A stretch of DNA of 64,000 bases from Candidatus Heimdallarchaeota archaeon (GCA_019058275.1 JAHLVW010000050.1:1-64000); one strand, 5' to 3'. Positions 10,884 to 22,286 are shown, numbered from the stretch's first letter. The notes: generated by a model not told the origin, from the letters alone. A program made the numbers and translations.

Positions 10884-11680
10884 GCTTGTGAAATGCCTTC
10901 CACAGAGAGATTGTAACGTTTAAGCAGATTAGAAATTTCTTCTAATTCAGTGACTGTTTCTGCAACTAGTTTCTTTCTGTAGAGATGCGAATTAAGTTTT
11001 GAAGCTGCACGATTAATCTCATGTTTTCTCCAGACAGTCATTTCAGGATCAGCTAACATAATATGAAGTTTTTTCTTCTTCTTGTCAGCTATGAGAAAAA
11101 CATCTCTATGCATGATTTCTTTTCCAATTAATTCCTTAACAACACCTTTATCTGTTATAGTGAAAACTCTTGGAAGCACTCCTTGAAAGAGCATGTTCAT
11201 TTTCTTAAATACATTATTTAGACTCGAAGATTTGAGATCTTTATCATAATTAATATCTCGAGATATAATATTGAAGTATGGTTCAATTAAGCCATATGAA
11301 TCTAAAATTAATCTTGTGTGTTCAATATTATATATGAGAAATAGAACACAAAAACGACCAAATGTCCTAATACGATGGTCACTTGATTCCTCAGCTTTTA
11401 CTACAAAGGAAATTGCTAAGGCTCTTAAGGTCTCTCTATCTTTTACTGGAAAAGGACCAAATTGCTGGATTATTGATCTTCTTTCCTCATCATCGTCAAT
11501 ATTCTCAATAAGATCCAAAGGATTATCCAAACCAATAACAGTCATTCCCTTTATAGCTAGAATCATTGCTTCATCGTCAGCTAACTCTGTATTATTGAAA
11601 ACGATATCTGGTCCACTATCACTAAATGATGAAACTATCATACCGACTAGTTTTGGGTCATACTGATCTATAAAATCCAT
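10880..11680 (-). CDS. Asgard-type protein with a longin/uDENN-like N-terminus and a gelsolin-like C-terminus
   Basis: GMIVSSFSDSGPDI and FGPFPV in the N-terminal part; C-terminal RDVFLIAD...LHIML...VWRKHEINRAASKL resembles a gelsolin segment. Confidence 0.45.
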   Translation of the reverse strand: MDFIDQYDPKLVGMIVSSFSDSGPDIVFNNTELADDEAMILAIKGMTVIGLDNPLDLIENIDDDEERRSIIQQFGPFPVKDRETLRALAISFVVKAEESSDHRIRTFGRFCVLFLIYNIEHTRLILDSYGLIEPYFNIISRDINYDKDLKSSSLNNVFKKMNMLFQGVLPRVFTITDKGVVKELIGKEIMHRDVFLIADKKKKKLHIMLADPEMTVWRKHEINRAASKLNSHLYRKKLVAETVTELEEISNLLKRYNLSVEGISQA

Positions 11681-12052
11681 CTTTAATTTACTCCGATGTT
11701 AGTAAAAGTATAATGAATCGACATTAATAACTTTCACGTACTACTTATTCTGCATATGGAGTATTTATTACTTTTTAATGGAACATAAATAAATGAATTA
11801 CAATCAGTTACTAATTTGTTGTAGTTATGAGATGATTACGAAAATAATAAATAAATTTGAGTTTTTTATCCAAAAAAATAGCTTTTAAGCTAATTGCCCA
11901 AACAAAATTCTTTAAATTAGGTTTGTAGCTTTGTTAAAAAGGTAAAAAAGTGTTTAGGCTGAGATTCATCTAGAACACTTAGAGCTTAAAATTATAATGA
12001 TCAAATTTTAAGAATAAAGGAAATTTATGAAAAAACGGATGGTTGATAAATA

Positions 12053-12505
12053 ATGTCACTCGGAAAAATGATCCTAAAAAGAAAGAAAGCAGTTTCACCT
12101 GTTATTGCAACTATTCTATTAATTGCTTTAACCGTAACTGCAGCAGCAATTGTTTATTTCGTCGTGGTTCCATTACTTACTGGAAATCCTGAATTAGTTA
12201 CTACAGATTATGGAAAAGTTTCAGGCACAACAAATCAATATGAAATTGAATTAGAGAATATTGGTCAAGATGTAGCAAATATCGCAAACTTAGAAGCTTT
12301 TGAACTAACAAATACAACTGATACATACAATCCTTCAGCAGCTTACATTGGCACTGATGCTGTAACATTTCCTTATATAATTAATCAAGGAGATACAGTT
12401 ATCTTTGTTTTAACATTCGCTATTAATTTCACACCAGGTGGTCAATATACATTAACTGTTATCTACGACAAAGGTGCAACATTAGATATTCCTTTCACTT
12501 ATTAG
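12053..12505 (+). CDS. Archaeal type IV pilin/archaellin-like protein
   Basis: Class III signal peptide KRKKA|VSPVIATILLIALTV followed by a beta-rich domain. Confidence 0.88.
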   Translation: MSLGKMILKRKKAVSPVIATILLIALTVTAAAIVYFVVVPLLTGNPELVTTDYGKVSGTTNQYEIELENIGQDVANIANLEAFELTNTTDTYNPSAAYIGTDAVTFPYIINQGDTVIFVLTFAINFTPGGQYTLTVIYDKGATLDIPFTY

Positions 12506-12801
12506 AGAATGAAAGTATCATTCTCTTTTTTCTTCTATTTTTTTAATTCGGAGCTAGAGAGGATAATAGATTTCTTCATAAGAAAAAAAGCAAATTAAGA
12601 ACAAGAACTGTTATTATGTTAGATGTTTTTTTGATTAATGAAATAATTGTTTTATTTACCTTTATATACTTATACGTTTCTATTTAATACAAGTAAAAGC
12701 TCTAAATGAAAATTCGTCTTTTCCTATCGAGGACTTGAAAAACAAAGACTTTTACAGTTTATTCAATCCTTAGTAAAATATGAGGGGATAAAAGAAATAA
12801 G

Positions 12802-14025
12802 ATGGCACTAACAGCAACAACAATTGGATTAGTAATTGCAGGAGTTTGTGCATTGGGGTTATTGTTTCTGATTTTCTTAATTAGTAGATACAGGAAATTT
12901 AAGACCAATGAGTATGTAATCAGATTTAGAAATGGTAAAATAAAATCAGCTGGAAAAGGTGGCAGATGTTTTCTTATGCCCATAATAGATGAAATAGTGG
13001 TTATACCTACAACAACCCAACAAACATTTCTTGAGGCAAAAGAAAAAGTTCTTTCAAGAGAATTTCAAGACGTATCTGTAAATGCGTTTGTATTCTGGAA
13101 AGTCATTAAACCTGACGTAGCCTTTACTGCTGTCTCATGGAATGTAAGAGAAACTGATTACATTGAGACGATCATTAAAAACGCAGCAGAAAGTATTATT
13201 CGTACAACATGTGCAAATATGCCTTTAGAAGCAATTATTAGAGAAAGAAATGAAATCATTACTGCTGTATCAAAAGAGCTGCACGATTTGTTAGCTGATA
13301 TGGGCATCGTTGTCATTTCCGTTGAAATTAGAGATGTTGAAGTATTGAATCCAACACTCAAATCAAATATGGAAGCTACAAAACAGATAAACGAAGAAGA
13401 AACTGCAAAACTAAGAAGAGCTAAAATGGAAGAAGTTACCAGACTAAGAGATCTAGAAGTTACAAGAAAAACAGGAGTTCAAGAACAATCAGTTCAATTA
13501 GTAATACAAAAGGAAGCTAAAAACAGAGAAATTCAGATTCAAAAACTTGAAATGAATAGAACTGAAATTGAAGCTGATACATTGCGAAAGAAAGTTACAA
13601 TTGAAGCAGATGCAGAATATGAAAGAATGAAAAGAATAGCTGACGGTGAACGAGCACAGCTAATTGCTAAAGCTCAAGGTGAAGCTGCAGCTGTAAAAGA
13701 GAGACTTATAGCTGAAGCTGATGGTATTCTTGAACAAGTTCAATCATTATCTCAAGCAGATCCCAAATTCTTCCAACTTAAAATAGTTGAAATGCTTCCT
13801 GAGATCTACAGACAATTAAATGTAGACAAAATGTTTGTTATGGGCGATGGGCAGCAAGCATTTTCAAGTATAGCTGAATCAATCATACCATTCCTAACTG
13901 TTCTTCCAGAGATCACTGGCAGAAGTCTTGCTTTCTCAAAAGAAGTATCTGAAACAGTAACAACGAAAGCAAATACAAAAGATAAGAAACAACTACCTGC
14001 TGCAAAGAAAGTTGAGAAAAAATAG
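12802..14025 (+). CDS. SPFH/flotillin family membrane protein
   Basis: N-terminal TM helix, SPFH core (ESIIRTTCANMPLEAII, VISVEIRDV), Ala/Glu-rich coiled coil (AQGEAAAV). Confidence 0.9.
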   Translation: MALTATTIGLVIAGVCALGLLFLIFLISRYRKFKTNEYVIRFRNGKIKSAGKGGRCFLMPIIDEIVVIPTTTQQTFLEAKEKVLSREFQDVSVNAFVFWKVIKPDVAFTAVSWNVRETDYIETIIKNAAESIIRTTCANMPLEAIIRERNEIITAVSKELHDLLADMGIVVISVEIRDVEVLNPTLKSNMEATKQINEEETAKLRRAKMEEVTRLRDLEVTRKTGVQEQSVQLVIQKEAKNREIQIQKLEMNRTEIEADTLRKKVTIEADAEYERMKRIADGERAQLIAKAQGEAAAVKERLIAEADGILEQVQSLSQADPKFFQLKIVEMLPEIYRQLNVDKMFVMGDGQQAFSSIAESIIPFLTVLPEITGRSLAFSKEVSETVTTKANTKDKKQLPAAKKVEKK

Positions 14026-14028
14026 CTG

Positions 14029-14094
14029 CATGAATTTTCTAGTTAAAATTCATGACTCTCATTTGAGAGAATCATGGGAGAATAGCTCTCCCAT
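14029..14094 (+). other. Three overlapping inverted repeats (structured intergenic element)
   Basis: CATGAATTTT/AAAATTCATG; CATGA-CTCTC/GAGAG-TCATG; ATGGGAGA/TCTCCCAT. Confidence 0.5.
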
Positions 14095-14181
14095 CTTCAA
14101 TTATTTAATTTAGTAAAAAATTACAACAAATAATGATAGAAAGAACAAAATGAAGATTAACTCAGGAGGTAAAAATAAAAG

Positions 14182-15033
14182 TTGACATTTTTTGGCTCAA
14201 TACTTGAGATAATCACAGTAAATGCTGATTTATTAGCATGGGAAATATGGCTGAAAGGTTTCTGTATTGGGTTCTTTATTTTTGGGTTAATCGTTTTTGC
14301 TGTTGTATTTGTAACCATGGGTTTGAGTGCTGGTCATAGTCTATCTCAAGATGTTGATCATGATGCTGATTTATCTATAGATAAGGATGTATCAATAGAC
14401 AAAGACATTTCTATCGACAAAGATATCTCCATTGATAAGGACATCTCTGTGGATAAAGACATATCAATAGACAAGGATGTGAGTCTAGACAAGGATATAC
14501 CAGCTGGTTATGAGCTAGGCATTCAAACACCTGATCATATTGCTGGTCCTTTACACGTTGAAGAAGGGACAGCAGCACCATTGATGTTATCATTAGCAGT
14601 ATTCTCGATAAGTTTTGGAGGATTAGGTTTACTATTGTTTTGGCAACAACCAGATATGAATTCTTATAGTCGTTTATCAGTGGTATTACTGGTACCAATT
14701 GTCTTAGCAGTTTTAGTAGATCTTATATGGCGAAGGATTGCGGTTTCTGAGACCTATCGTTTACCAACAAACCAAGATTTTATCGGAACAGAAGCAGTTG
14801 TTTTTGTAAATGTAGATTCAGAAGGTGGAACAATTAGAGTGGAACTTCCAGATCAATTAGAACCACTAAAAGTTCCTGCGAAAGCAGTTCATAAACATCA
14901 AGAATTTTTACGAGATCAACTTGTGTTTATAGTTGGAGTAGATAAAAACTTCTACTTAGTTGATGATACACGTGATTTACTAACAGGTAAACAGTCTAAG
15001 ACTATTAATTCAGAAATAGATAAAGAGGAGTAA
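14182..15033 (+). CDS. NfeD/YqiJ-like membrane protein with an acidic repeat loop and C-terminal OB fold
   Basis: TM helices, FIGTEAVV...GGTIRVEL OB-fold pattern; sits directly after the flotillin gene. Confidence 0.8.
   Translation: MTFFGSILEIITVNADLLAWEIWLKGFCIGFFIFGLIVFAVVFVTMGLSAGHSLSQDVDHDADLSIDKDVSIDKDISIDKDISIDKDISVDKDISIDKDVSLDKDIPAGYELGIQTPDHIAGPLHVEEGTAAPLMLSLAVFSISFGGLGLLLFWQQPDMNSYSRLSVVLLVPIVLAVLVDLIWRRIAVSETYRLPTNQDFIGTEAVVFVNVDSEGGTIRVELPDQLEPLKVPAKAVHKHQEFLRDQLVFIVGVDKNFYLVDDTRDLLTGKQSKTINSEIDKEE
14368..14493 (+). repeat. 7 x 18-nt coding tandem repeat, D[ILV]S[ILV]DK
   Basis: DLSIDK DVSIDK DISIDK DISIDK DISVDK DISIDK DVSLDK, with synonymous codon divergence between units. 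Confidence 0.95.
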
Positions 15034-15036
15034 ATA

Positions 15037-15925
15037 CTAGAGCAGTATTTTTTTAAGATGGGCTTTTAGCTCTGGACCAATCTCCTCATCTTTCAAACAA
15101 AATTCTACAAATGCTTTTGCGTATAGAGGGAAGGTTCCTGTATCAAAACGAATTTCATTGTTCTGCAGTTCTAAAGCAACGATTTTGTTATTTTCTCGAG
15201 ATAACCTTATTGCATCAGTAAGTTGTTTTTCACCGCCTTTTCCAAAACCAATTTTTTCTATGTAATCAAAAATTCTGGTTTTGAAAACATATCTGCCACA
15301 AATGGCTAGATTACTTGGAGCTTCTTCGATAGAAGGTTTTTCAACTAAATCTTCTACAATGTACTTACCTGTGTGATTTTTGGAACTTATTAATCCATTA
15401 TATTCTTTGATTGACATAATTCCGTAACGATTACAATGTTCAATTGGTATTCGCTCTGCTGAGAGTGTACAGAGAGCTTGTGTTTCCTTATGAAAATTAA
15501 TTAACCTCAACAAGTGATTGGGATTTTGCTGAGAATCAATAATGGTATCACCTAATGTTACAACAAAATCCTCTCCATTAACAAATTTCTTTGCCAAATA
15601 GACAGCATCAGCTAGACCAGTAGTTACTGCTTGTCTTACATAAAAAATCTGTACGCTCAGGTTTTCAAGAGCTTCCAGATCACAGATTTGGGCAACCTTA
15701 TTCCTCTTCTTTAAGTCCTCCAAAAGAATAGGATCTTTATCAAAATGATCATCTATAGCTCGTTTATTTTTACCAGTAATAATCAGAATTTCCTTAATAC
15801 TTGCATCTACAAGATCTTCTACAATATATTGTATTACTGGTTTTTTTGCTACGGGCAACATTTCGTTTGGTTGCAGGAAGCAACCTTGTTCCTAATCCCG
15901 CTGCTCGGATTATACCTTTCAACAT
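15037..15925 (-). pseudogene. galU: UTP-glucose-1-phosphate uridylyltransferase with a 5' frameshift/short deletion
   Basis: MLKGIIRAAGLGTRLLPATK starts at 15925 in one frame and EMLPVAKKP continues in another; the usual AxPK segment is missing; VEKPS and GEKQLTDAI present. Confidence 0.8.
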
Positions 15926-16073
15926 TATTCACATCCAAATTTTATCGAGTTGCAATCTTTGTGTCTTCAAAGATTACTATCAAGTAAATTCTCGACAAAA
16001 ATTCCTTATAAATAGCTAAAAAATGAAATACAAAATATGCATTGAAAAATAAGAAAAAAGGAACATCTAAAAA

Positions 16074-17534
16074 TTAGATGTCTCTTGAATCATAATTTTT
16101 ATTTGAATCACGATTATTTGGATGGAAGAAATCAATAATCTTTTCGGAAATACGCTTTAATTCTCTTCTTGGATTTGGGAAGTTTTTCAAAAGATCCCAA
16201 CCAATATCTAATGATTCAAAGATATTTCGATTCTCATCCCTACCTTGGTTGATGAATTTTCCTTCAAACTCATCAGCAAATTGAAGGAATCGATGGTCTT
16301 CCTCAGTCAAAGATTCTTCACCAACGACTGCAACAAGGTTACGAAGGTCAATACCTCTAGCGTATGCATAGTATAATTGATCTGCAAGTTCTTTATGGTC
16401 TCTACGAGTTAATCCCTTGCCAATACCTTCTTTCATAAGACGACTTAGTGATGGACCTACATTTATTGGAGGATAAATTCCACGTCTATGTAATCCTCTA
16501 TCTAACAAAACTTGACCCTCTGTAATGTATCCAGATAAATCTGGTACTGGATGAGTCATATCATCGTTTGGCATGGAAAGGATAGGCATCTGTGTAATTG
16601 TTCCTTTTCTACCCTTAATACGACCAGCTCTTTCATAAATGGATGCTAAATCAGAATAGAGATAACCAGGATAACCTCTTCTACCAGGTACTTCTTCTCT
16701 TGCAGCGCCAATTTCTCGGAGTGATTCTGCATAGTTTGTCATATCTGTTAGAATTACTAGCAAGTGCATATCGCATTCAAAAGCGAGATATTCTGCAGCA
16801 GTTAAAGCTAATCTTGGAGTAATAATTCGTTCAATTGCTGGATCATCAGCTAGATTAAGGAAAAGAACTACTCGATCAAGAGCTCCGCTCTTTTCGAATT
16901 CATTTCTAAAGAATTGTGCTTCTTCTGCAGTAATGCCCATTGCTGCAAATACTACTGCGAAATCCTCTTCTCGACCTAATACTGCAGCTTGTCGTGCGAT
17001 TTGTGCAGCAACTTCGTTATGTGGAAGTCCGCTTGCAGAAAAGATAGGTAGTTTTTGACCACGAATAAGAGTAAATAATCCATCCAATGTTGATATTCCT
17101 GTTTGAATAAACTCTCGAGGATATTGTCTTGCATATGGATTTATTGGCGAACCTGAAATAGGCAACTCATCGTCTGGTATAATAGGAGGTTGTCCATCAA
17201 TAGGCTCACCTCTACCAGAGAAAATTCTACCGAGCAAGTCATTTGACACAGGAAGTTTCATTGTTTCTCCTATGAATTGAATTGTTGTTTGATCAACATC
17301 CATTCCAGAAGTTCCTTCAAAAAGCTGGACAACAGCTAAATCCCTTGAAACTTCTAGTATCTGCCCAGAGCGTTCTTCACCTGATGGAAGTTTTATTCGA
17401 GCTATTTCACCGTAGGAAACTCCTGCTTTGCCTTTCAAGTCAACAAATAACAAAGGACCAGATACTTCAGTTGCTGTTTTAAAAATTCTTTTTGATAATG
17501 ATTCTGGATTTATTTTTGATGGTGTTTGAGTCAT
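16074..17534 (-). CDS. atpB: A/V-type ATP synthase subunit B
   Basis: [49 protein letters not shown]. Confidence 0.97.
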   Translation of the reverse strand: MTQTPSKINPESLSKRIFKTATEVSGPLLFVDLKGKAGVSYGEIARIKLPSGEERSGQILEVSRDLAVVQLFEGTSGMDVDQTTIQFIGETMKLPVSNDLLGRIFSGRGEPIDGQPPIIPDDELPISGSPINPYARQYPREFIQTGISTLDGLFTLIRGQKLPIFSASGLPHNEVAAQIARQAAVLGREEDFAVVFAAMGITAEEAQFFRNEFEKSGALDRVVLFLNLADDPAIERIITPRLALTAAEYLAFECDMHLLVILTDMTNYAESLREIGAAREEVPGRRGYPGYLYSDLASIYERAGRIKGRKGTITQMPILSMPNDDMTHPVPDLSGYITEGQVLLDRGLHRRGIYPPINVGPSLSRLMKEGIGKGLTRRDHKELADQLYYAYARGIDLRNLVAVVGEESLTEEDHRFLQFADEFEGKFINQGRDENRNIFESLDIGWDLLKNFPNPRRELKRISEKIIDFFHPNNRDSNKNYDSRDI

Positions 17535-17545
17535 TTCTATTGCTC

Positions 17546-19357
17546 CTAATCTTTCTTCAAATCAGTCATCATTCGACCGCTGATACGATCAACAATGTCA
17601 TCAGCATGGAGAGCATCAATTTCTGCTAGAATTCCTGCGAGCTCACCTTCTGCTTTTTCGTTGGGTATGTATTTCATACGTGTTATTTTATCAATGATTG
17701 GCAAATTCATCATTTCAGGAAGTTTTACTCCTTGATTATACAACTCTCGCATTTTATTATAAAAGTCAATAATAACTTTGAGCATTGACCATTGTTTCTG
17801 AATTGTTGAATAACTGTCAACTTCATTGAAAGCATTTTGTTGTAGAAAGTCTTCTTTGATCATCCTAGCTGCTTCCAGAATAATCTTTTCGGATTCAGGA
17901 AGAGCTTCAGGACCTACAAGCTGCACAATATCCTCCAACTCCTTGTCCTTTTGGAGTAGAGCCATTGCTTCAGATCTATATCTTAAGAAGTTTGGATCAA
18001 CCTCTTTTGAAAACCAAGGACTTAATTCATTAGTATAAAGTGTATAAGATACTAAGTAATCAATCGCTGGAAAGTGCCTTCTTGCTGCTAAATCCTTACT
18101 AAGAGCCCAGAAGACTTTAGTAATTCTTAAAGTGTTTTGAGTAACTGGTTCAGAAAAATCTCCACCAGGAGGACTTACTGCACCTGTAATTGTGATTGAT
18201 CCTTGTCTATCCTCAGTGCTAAGAGTTCTTACTCTACCAGCTCTTTCGTAAAATTGTGCGATTTTACTGGCAAGATAAGCTGGGTAACCAGATTCACCAG
18301 GCATTTCTTCTAACCTACCTGATATTTCCCTCATAGCTTCTGCCCAACGAGAAGTACTATCAGCCATTAATGCGACATCGTATCCCATATCTCTATAGTA
18401 TTCTGCCAAGGTCATCCCTGTATAGACACTTGCTTCTCTAGCAGCTACAGGCATATTACTTGTGTTTGCTATCAGAATAGTTCTATTCATTAATGGTTCA
18501 CCTGTATTTGGATCTATCAATTGAGGGAAATCTTCAAGAACGTTGGTCATTTCATTTCCTCTTTCTCCACAACCAATGTAGACTACAATCTGGGCATCAG
18601 ACCATTTAGCTAATTGGTGCTGAGAAACAGTTTTTCCTGTTCCAAATCCTCCGGGAATTGCACTTGTACCTCCCTTAGCAATTGGGAAGAAAGTGTCAAA
18701 AACCCTCTGTCCGGTAAGTAGTGGAATAGTTGGTTCTAAACGTTCTTTAATTGGACGACCAAAACGAACTGGCCATTTTTGAAGCATTGGAACATCTATT
18801 TCACTTCCATTATTTTTTATTTTGAAAATTGGGTCATTAATTGTATAATCGCCAGCTTTAACGATACTTGAGATTGTTCCTTGAACACCAGGTGGAACCA
18901 TAACTCTATGGGATACAACTGGTCCTTCTTGAACAGTTCCTATAATATCTCCTGTGACTACTTTTGCTCCTTTCGCAACTGTTGGAACAAAAAGCCATTT
19001 CTTATCATATTCTAAAGGAAGAGTAACTACTCCTCTTCGTATGAAATCATCTTTAGTTTGTTCTAAAATTAATGGTAAGGGACGTTGAATTCCATCGTAG
19101 ATTTGACCTATTAATCCAGGAGCTAATTCAGCACTTAAACCTACTCCAGTTCCTACGACTTTTTCATTTGGTAAGAGACCAACCGTTTCCTCATATACCT
19201 GAATTGTGCAAACTTCCCCTTGTATTCTGATAATCTCGCCAATAAGCCCTTCATCGCCAACTTTACAGACTTCATACATTGAACTTCCTAGCATCCCATC
19301 GGCTTCAACTACGGGACCAGAAATTCTTAGAATCTTTCCAATTCTTTCTGTTGACAC
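17546..19357 (-). CDS. atpA: A/V-type ATP synthase subunit A
   Basis: Walker [41 protein letters not shown]; no intein. Confidence 0.97.
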   Translation of the reverse strand: MSTERIGKILRISGPVVEADGMLGSSMYEVCKVGDEGLIGEIIRIQGEVCTIQVYEETVGLLPNEKVVGTGVGLSAELAPGLIGQIYDGIQRPLPLILEQTKDDFIRRGVVTLPLEYDKKWLFVPTVAKGAKVVTGDIIGTVQEGPVVSHRVMVPPGVQGTISSIVKAGDYTINDPIFKIKNNGSEIDVPMLQKWPVRFGRPIKERLEPTIPLLTGQRVFDTFFPIAKGGTSAIPGGFGTGKTVSQHQLAKWSDAQIVVYIGCGERGNEMTNVLEDFPQLIDPNTGEPLMNRTILIANTSNMPVAAREASVYTGMTLAEYYRDMGYDVALMADSTSRWAEAMREISGRLEEMPGESGYPAYLASKIAQFYERAGRVRTLSTEDRQGSITITGAVSPPGGDFSEPVTQNTLRITKVFWALSKDLAARRHFPAIDYLVSYTLYTNELSPWFSKEVDPNFLRYRSEAMALLQKDKELEDIVQLVGPEALPESEKIILEAARMIKEDFLQQNAFNEVDSYSTIQKQWSMLKVIIDFYNKMRELYNQGVKLPEMMNLPIIDKITRMKYIPNEKAEGELAGILAEIDALHADDIVDRISGRMMTDLKKD

Positions 19358-19582
19358 TATGCATAGCCTCTTGGTATTTTGATATTAGGTCTTTTTATTA
19401 GTTAGGAAAGTTTTTGGAATTATTATTTTGTTAATCCAAACAATACTCTAACACAGATTCTTGAAAAATAAGTTACATAAAAAAGCTTTGTCAATTAAAT
19501 GAAATAAAAAATGATGAAAATGATAAAATTTTATCAAATTCAACTGTAAAATTGATTTCCCAACCAATTGTAAATAAGGAAA

Positions 19583-20134
19583 TTAAGAGATTTTGAAGAA
19601 TTCAGAGAAAATGTCTTCTTCCTCTATTGGTTTATCACCTGCAGGAGCTCGTTCTTCCATTGTTAGCTCGTCTTCATCGGGTTCACCAGCAGCGCTTTCA
19701 ATTACCTTACAGAAATCAGAATGCAATTTAATTGGAATGGGTATTTGAGAGTCTAGTAATTCTACTGTGACTTCTTCTCGACCAACATCGATACGATTGA
19801 TCTTTGCACGACTACCTTTGAAAGGACCACTGATAATTTCAATAATATCGTTTACATGCAATCCTTCTATAGTTGGTTTTGGTACTAGAAATCCTTCTAA
19901 CTCAGTTATTTCTACTTCGCCAACAACTCTACTTCTTACATGGGGTATTCCAATAATTGCTTGATCTACAAATTCAATATTATCTGATTCAATGAAAATA
20001 TAGCCACGTAAAGCTTCAGGAACAAGTAAAGAAAATATACCAATCTTTTTATTTTCAATTTTCTTCCTAATGTGTTTTGCAATAGCTTTTTCTTGACCAA
20101 TAGTTGCTCGTAAAGTCCAAATAGTCATGTTCAT
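19583..20134 (-). CDS. spt5: Transcription elongation factor Spt5 (NusG homologue)
   Basis: NGN domain (GQEK, RGYIFIE), KOW motif IEIISGPFKG, acidic C-terminal tail. Confidence 0.93.
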   Translation of the reverse strand: MNMTIWTLRATIGQEKAIAKHIRKKIENKKIGIFSLLVPEALRGYIFIESDNIEFVDQAIIGIPHVRSRVVGEVEITELEGFLVPKPTIEGLHVNDIIEIISGPFKGSRAKINRIDVGREEVTVELLDSQIPIPIKLHSDFCKVIESAAGEPDEDELTMEERAPAGDKPIEEEDIFSEFFKIS

Positions 20135-20323
20135 ACCATTCCTATAATTTCAACCGCACTTGTTAGATATATTAATCTTTTTTTAGAATCTTATAAAATC
20201 TATCCATAAATAAAGTCGGAGAAGATAAAGTCTTTTTGTTGTAAATAAGTGAATATTTGAATAGAAAATGAATCCATCATATCTCAATGAATTCATAAAA
20301 TAGATTAATCTATCTCTGAGGTT

Positions 20324-20491
20324 TTATGGTAGGATAACTGTGAACAAGATGTGAATTATGTAACCTACTAAACCAACAAGTAAGATACCTATGGCAGTAA
20401 TTCTGACAGTTAGCCAAATTTCCTTTCGGTCTGGTTTTTTACTGTGAATTAGCAGACGTCTGCTTCTTGTAAAGAATTCTCCGATGTTCAT
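20324..20491 (-). CDS. secE: Protein translocase subunit SecE/Sec61-gamma (55 aa, absent from the ORF track)
   Basis: MNIGEFFTRSRRLLIHSKKPDRKEIWLTVRITAIGILLVGLVGYIIHILFTVILP: KPDRKE motif plus one TM helix, upstream of spt5. Confidence 0.93.
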   Translation of the reverse strand: MNIGEFFTRSRRLLIHSKKPDRKEIWLTVRITAIGILLVGLVGYIIHILFTVILP

Positions 20492-20714
20492 TCAATTTCA
20501 CTCCATGTTCTGTTCACAGAAGTGTTTCTGTAAATCTAACAATTAGTCTGAAAAAAGGACTATTACTTTAAAATCTTTTGTCATAATTCGAGTTTATGAA
20601 AATCTAACTAATGGTCAATAAAGACCAGTTGCTTAATAGTTTCTGACCAGTCTAATAACAATTAATGTGTATACACACATCTTTAACAATTATTAAATAT
20701 TCAATTAATATTGA

Positions 20715-22234
20715 ATGCATGGAGCAAAAAGCAATATGTCTGCTACAACAGAAAATGAAACATCGAGCATTACAAGTAATCAGAGTCTCATTGACAACAA
20801 ACCTTCGATAAAAGAGGTTCTTAAGAACAAACCATTTATGGTTCTGTTTGGTGCTCAATTTATAGAAAATGTTGGTAGAGCAATATCCGGATTAGCATTA
20901 GAGTTTTTCATATGGGAATTGACTAGAAGTCCTCTAAAAATGGGCATCCTTGCTATTCTATGGTTATTACCATTTGTAATTATTGCTCCATTTGCAGGTG
21001 TTTACACTGATAGATTAGATCAAAGAAAGATTATGTTTTGGTCTAACGTTTTAAGTATGATCGCTTCCTTAGGATATGTGATTATTTATTTGCTTAGAAA
21101 CGTGTTAACATTTACAAGAACATATTGGCTGGTTGTAAGTGAGGGACGAGCTATACATGTTACAGAAATAAATTATGGCTGGGTAATATGGCCACTCTTT
21201 ATTTTTGCCTTCCTTAATTCTGCTTCACCTGCTTTCTTCTTCCCTGCAAGAAGTGCTTATACAAGATTAATAGTAAAGAAAAAGAATTTGCTAATTCAAT
21301 TGGTTCAACAATTTTTCAAATTGCTACAATTGTAGGATTTGTTATTGCAGGTATTTTAGCAGCTATTAGCTATCTTACAAGTTTTATCTTTGATGCTTCA
21401 ACATTTTTAGTCTCAGGATTACTGATTTTAGTGATAATAAGAATTGGTAAGAAACCGCCAAAAGTGGAACGAGAGAAATCAACATCTCTAAAAGCAGAAA
21501 TGAAAGGTATAGTTAAAGACATGAGAATTGGTTATAGAACAATTAGAGATTATCCAAAGATATCATACATGCTTGTAATCTTCTCAGCAATTACCTTCAC
21601 TTTCGGAGCAATCAATGTATTATTTATTGTGATACTACAAGGAGAAATGGGATTAAATCAAATGTGGTATGGAGCCCTTCAAGGTGTAATGGGAGCTTCA
21701 GGGATCATTACTGCAATAATATTAATGAGTATGGGGAAAATAAAACGCAAAATACTACTCTTGAATGGTGCTTTTCTCTTAGCAACTATTGCTATGTATT
21801 TATTTGCAGTAATTAGAAATCCATGGGGTATGGCAGCTATATTATTCTCGTTTGGAGTTATTACAGTATGTATTAACATTCCAGCTTCTACATTAATACA
21901 AGAGACAGTGCCATATGAAAAGCAAGGCAGAGTTTTTGGTACACAGCAATTAGTACAAGGTATTGCCCAATTAATTGGGATGGGTATTGTTGCGATAATT
22001 GCTGAATATGTCTTACCAATGATTACTTTATTAGTTAGTTCTGGAATATTGACAATCATAATAGTAATAGGGTTCATTTATTCAGGAAGAAGGGGATTAC
22101 TAGAAAAAGACTATGATGAAAATGGTGACGTAAAAAAGGCGAGAATAAATAATATAAACAAACAACTAGAAGATTCAGAATTTTCCATTGAGAAACCAAG
22201 CTCTTTTACAGCTGGAGATTCATCAATAGAATAA
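20715..22234 (+). pseudogene. MFS transporter (DHA3/macrolide efflux-like) with one frameshift
   Basis: GVYTDRLDQRK motif A, QETVP...QGRVFG; frame switches near 21290 (ANSIGSTIFQIATIVG continues in the frame of 21431..22234). Confidence 0.8.
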
Positions 22235-22286
22235 AAATAAAATGGAAGTAATATGAGAATTGAGAAAAAATCTCAAAGCTCATATT

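Noticed and set aside
14029-14076. Possible eukaryote-type SECIS element (ATGA-N11-AAA hairpin)
   Set aside because: The ATGA pairs Watson-Crick with TCAT rather than forming the GA/GA quartet, and the upstream flotillin has no in-frame TGA.
14368-14493. CRISPR array or VNTR
   Set aside because: There are no spacers; units are in-frame coding and diverge at synonymous sites.
17546-19357. Intein in ATP synthase subunit A (also checked in PolB)
   Set aside because: Lengths are normal and motifs are contiguous at the usual insertion sites.
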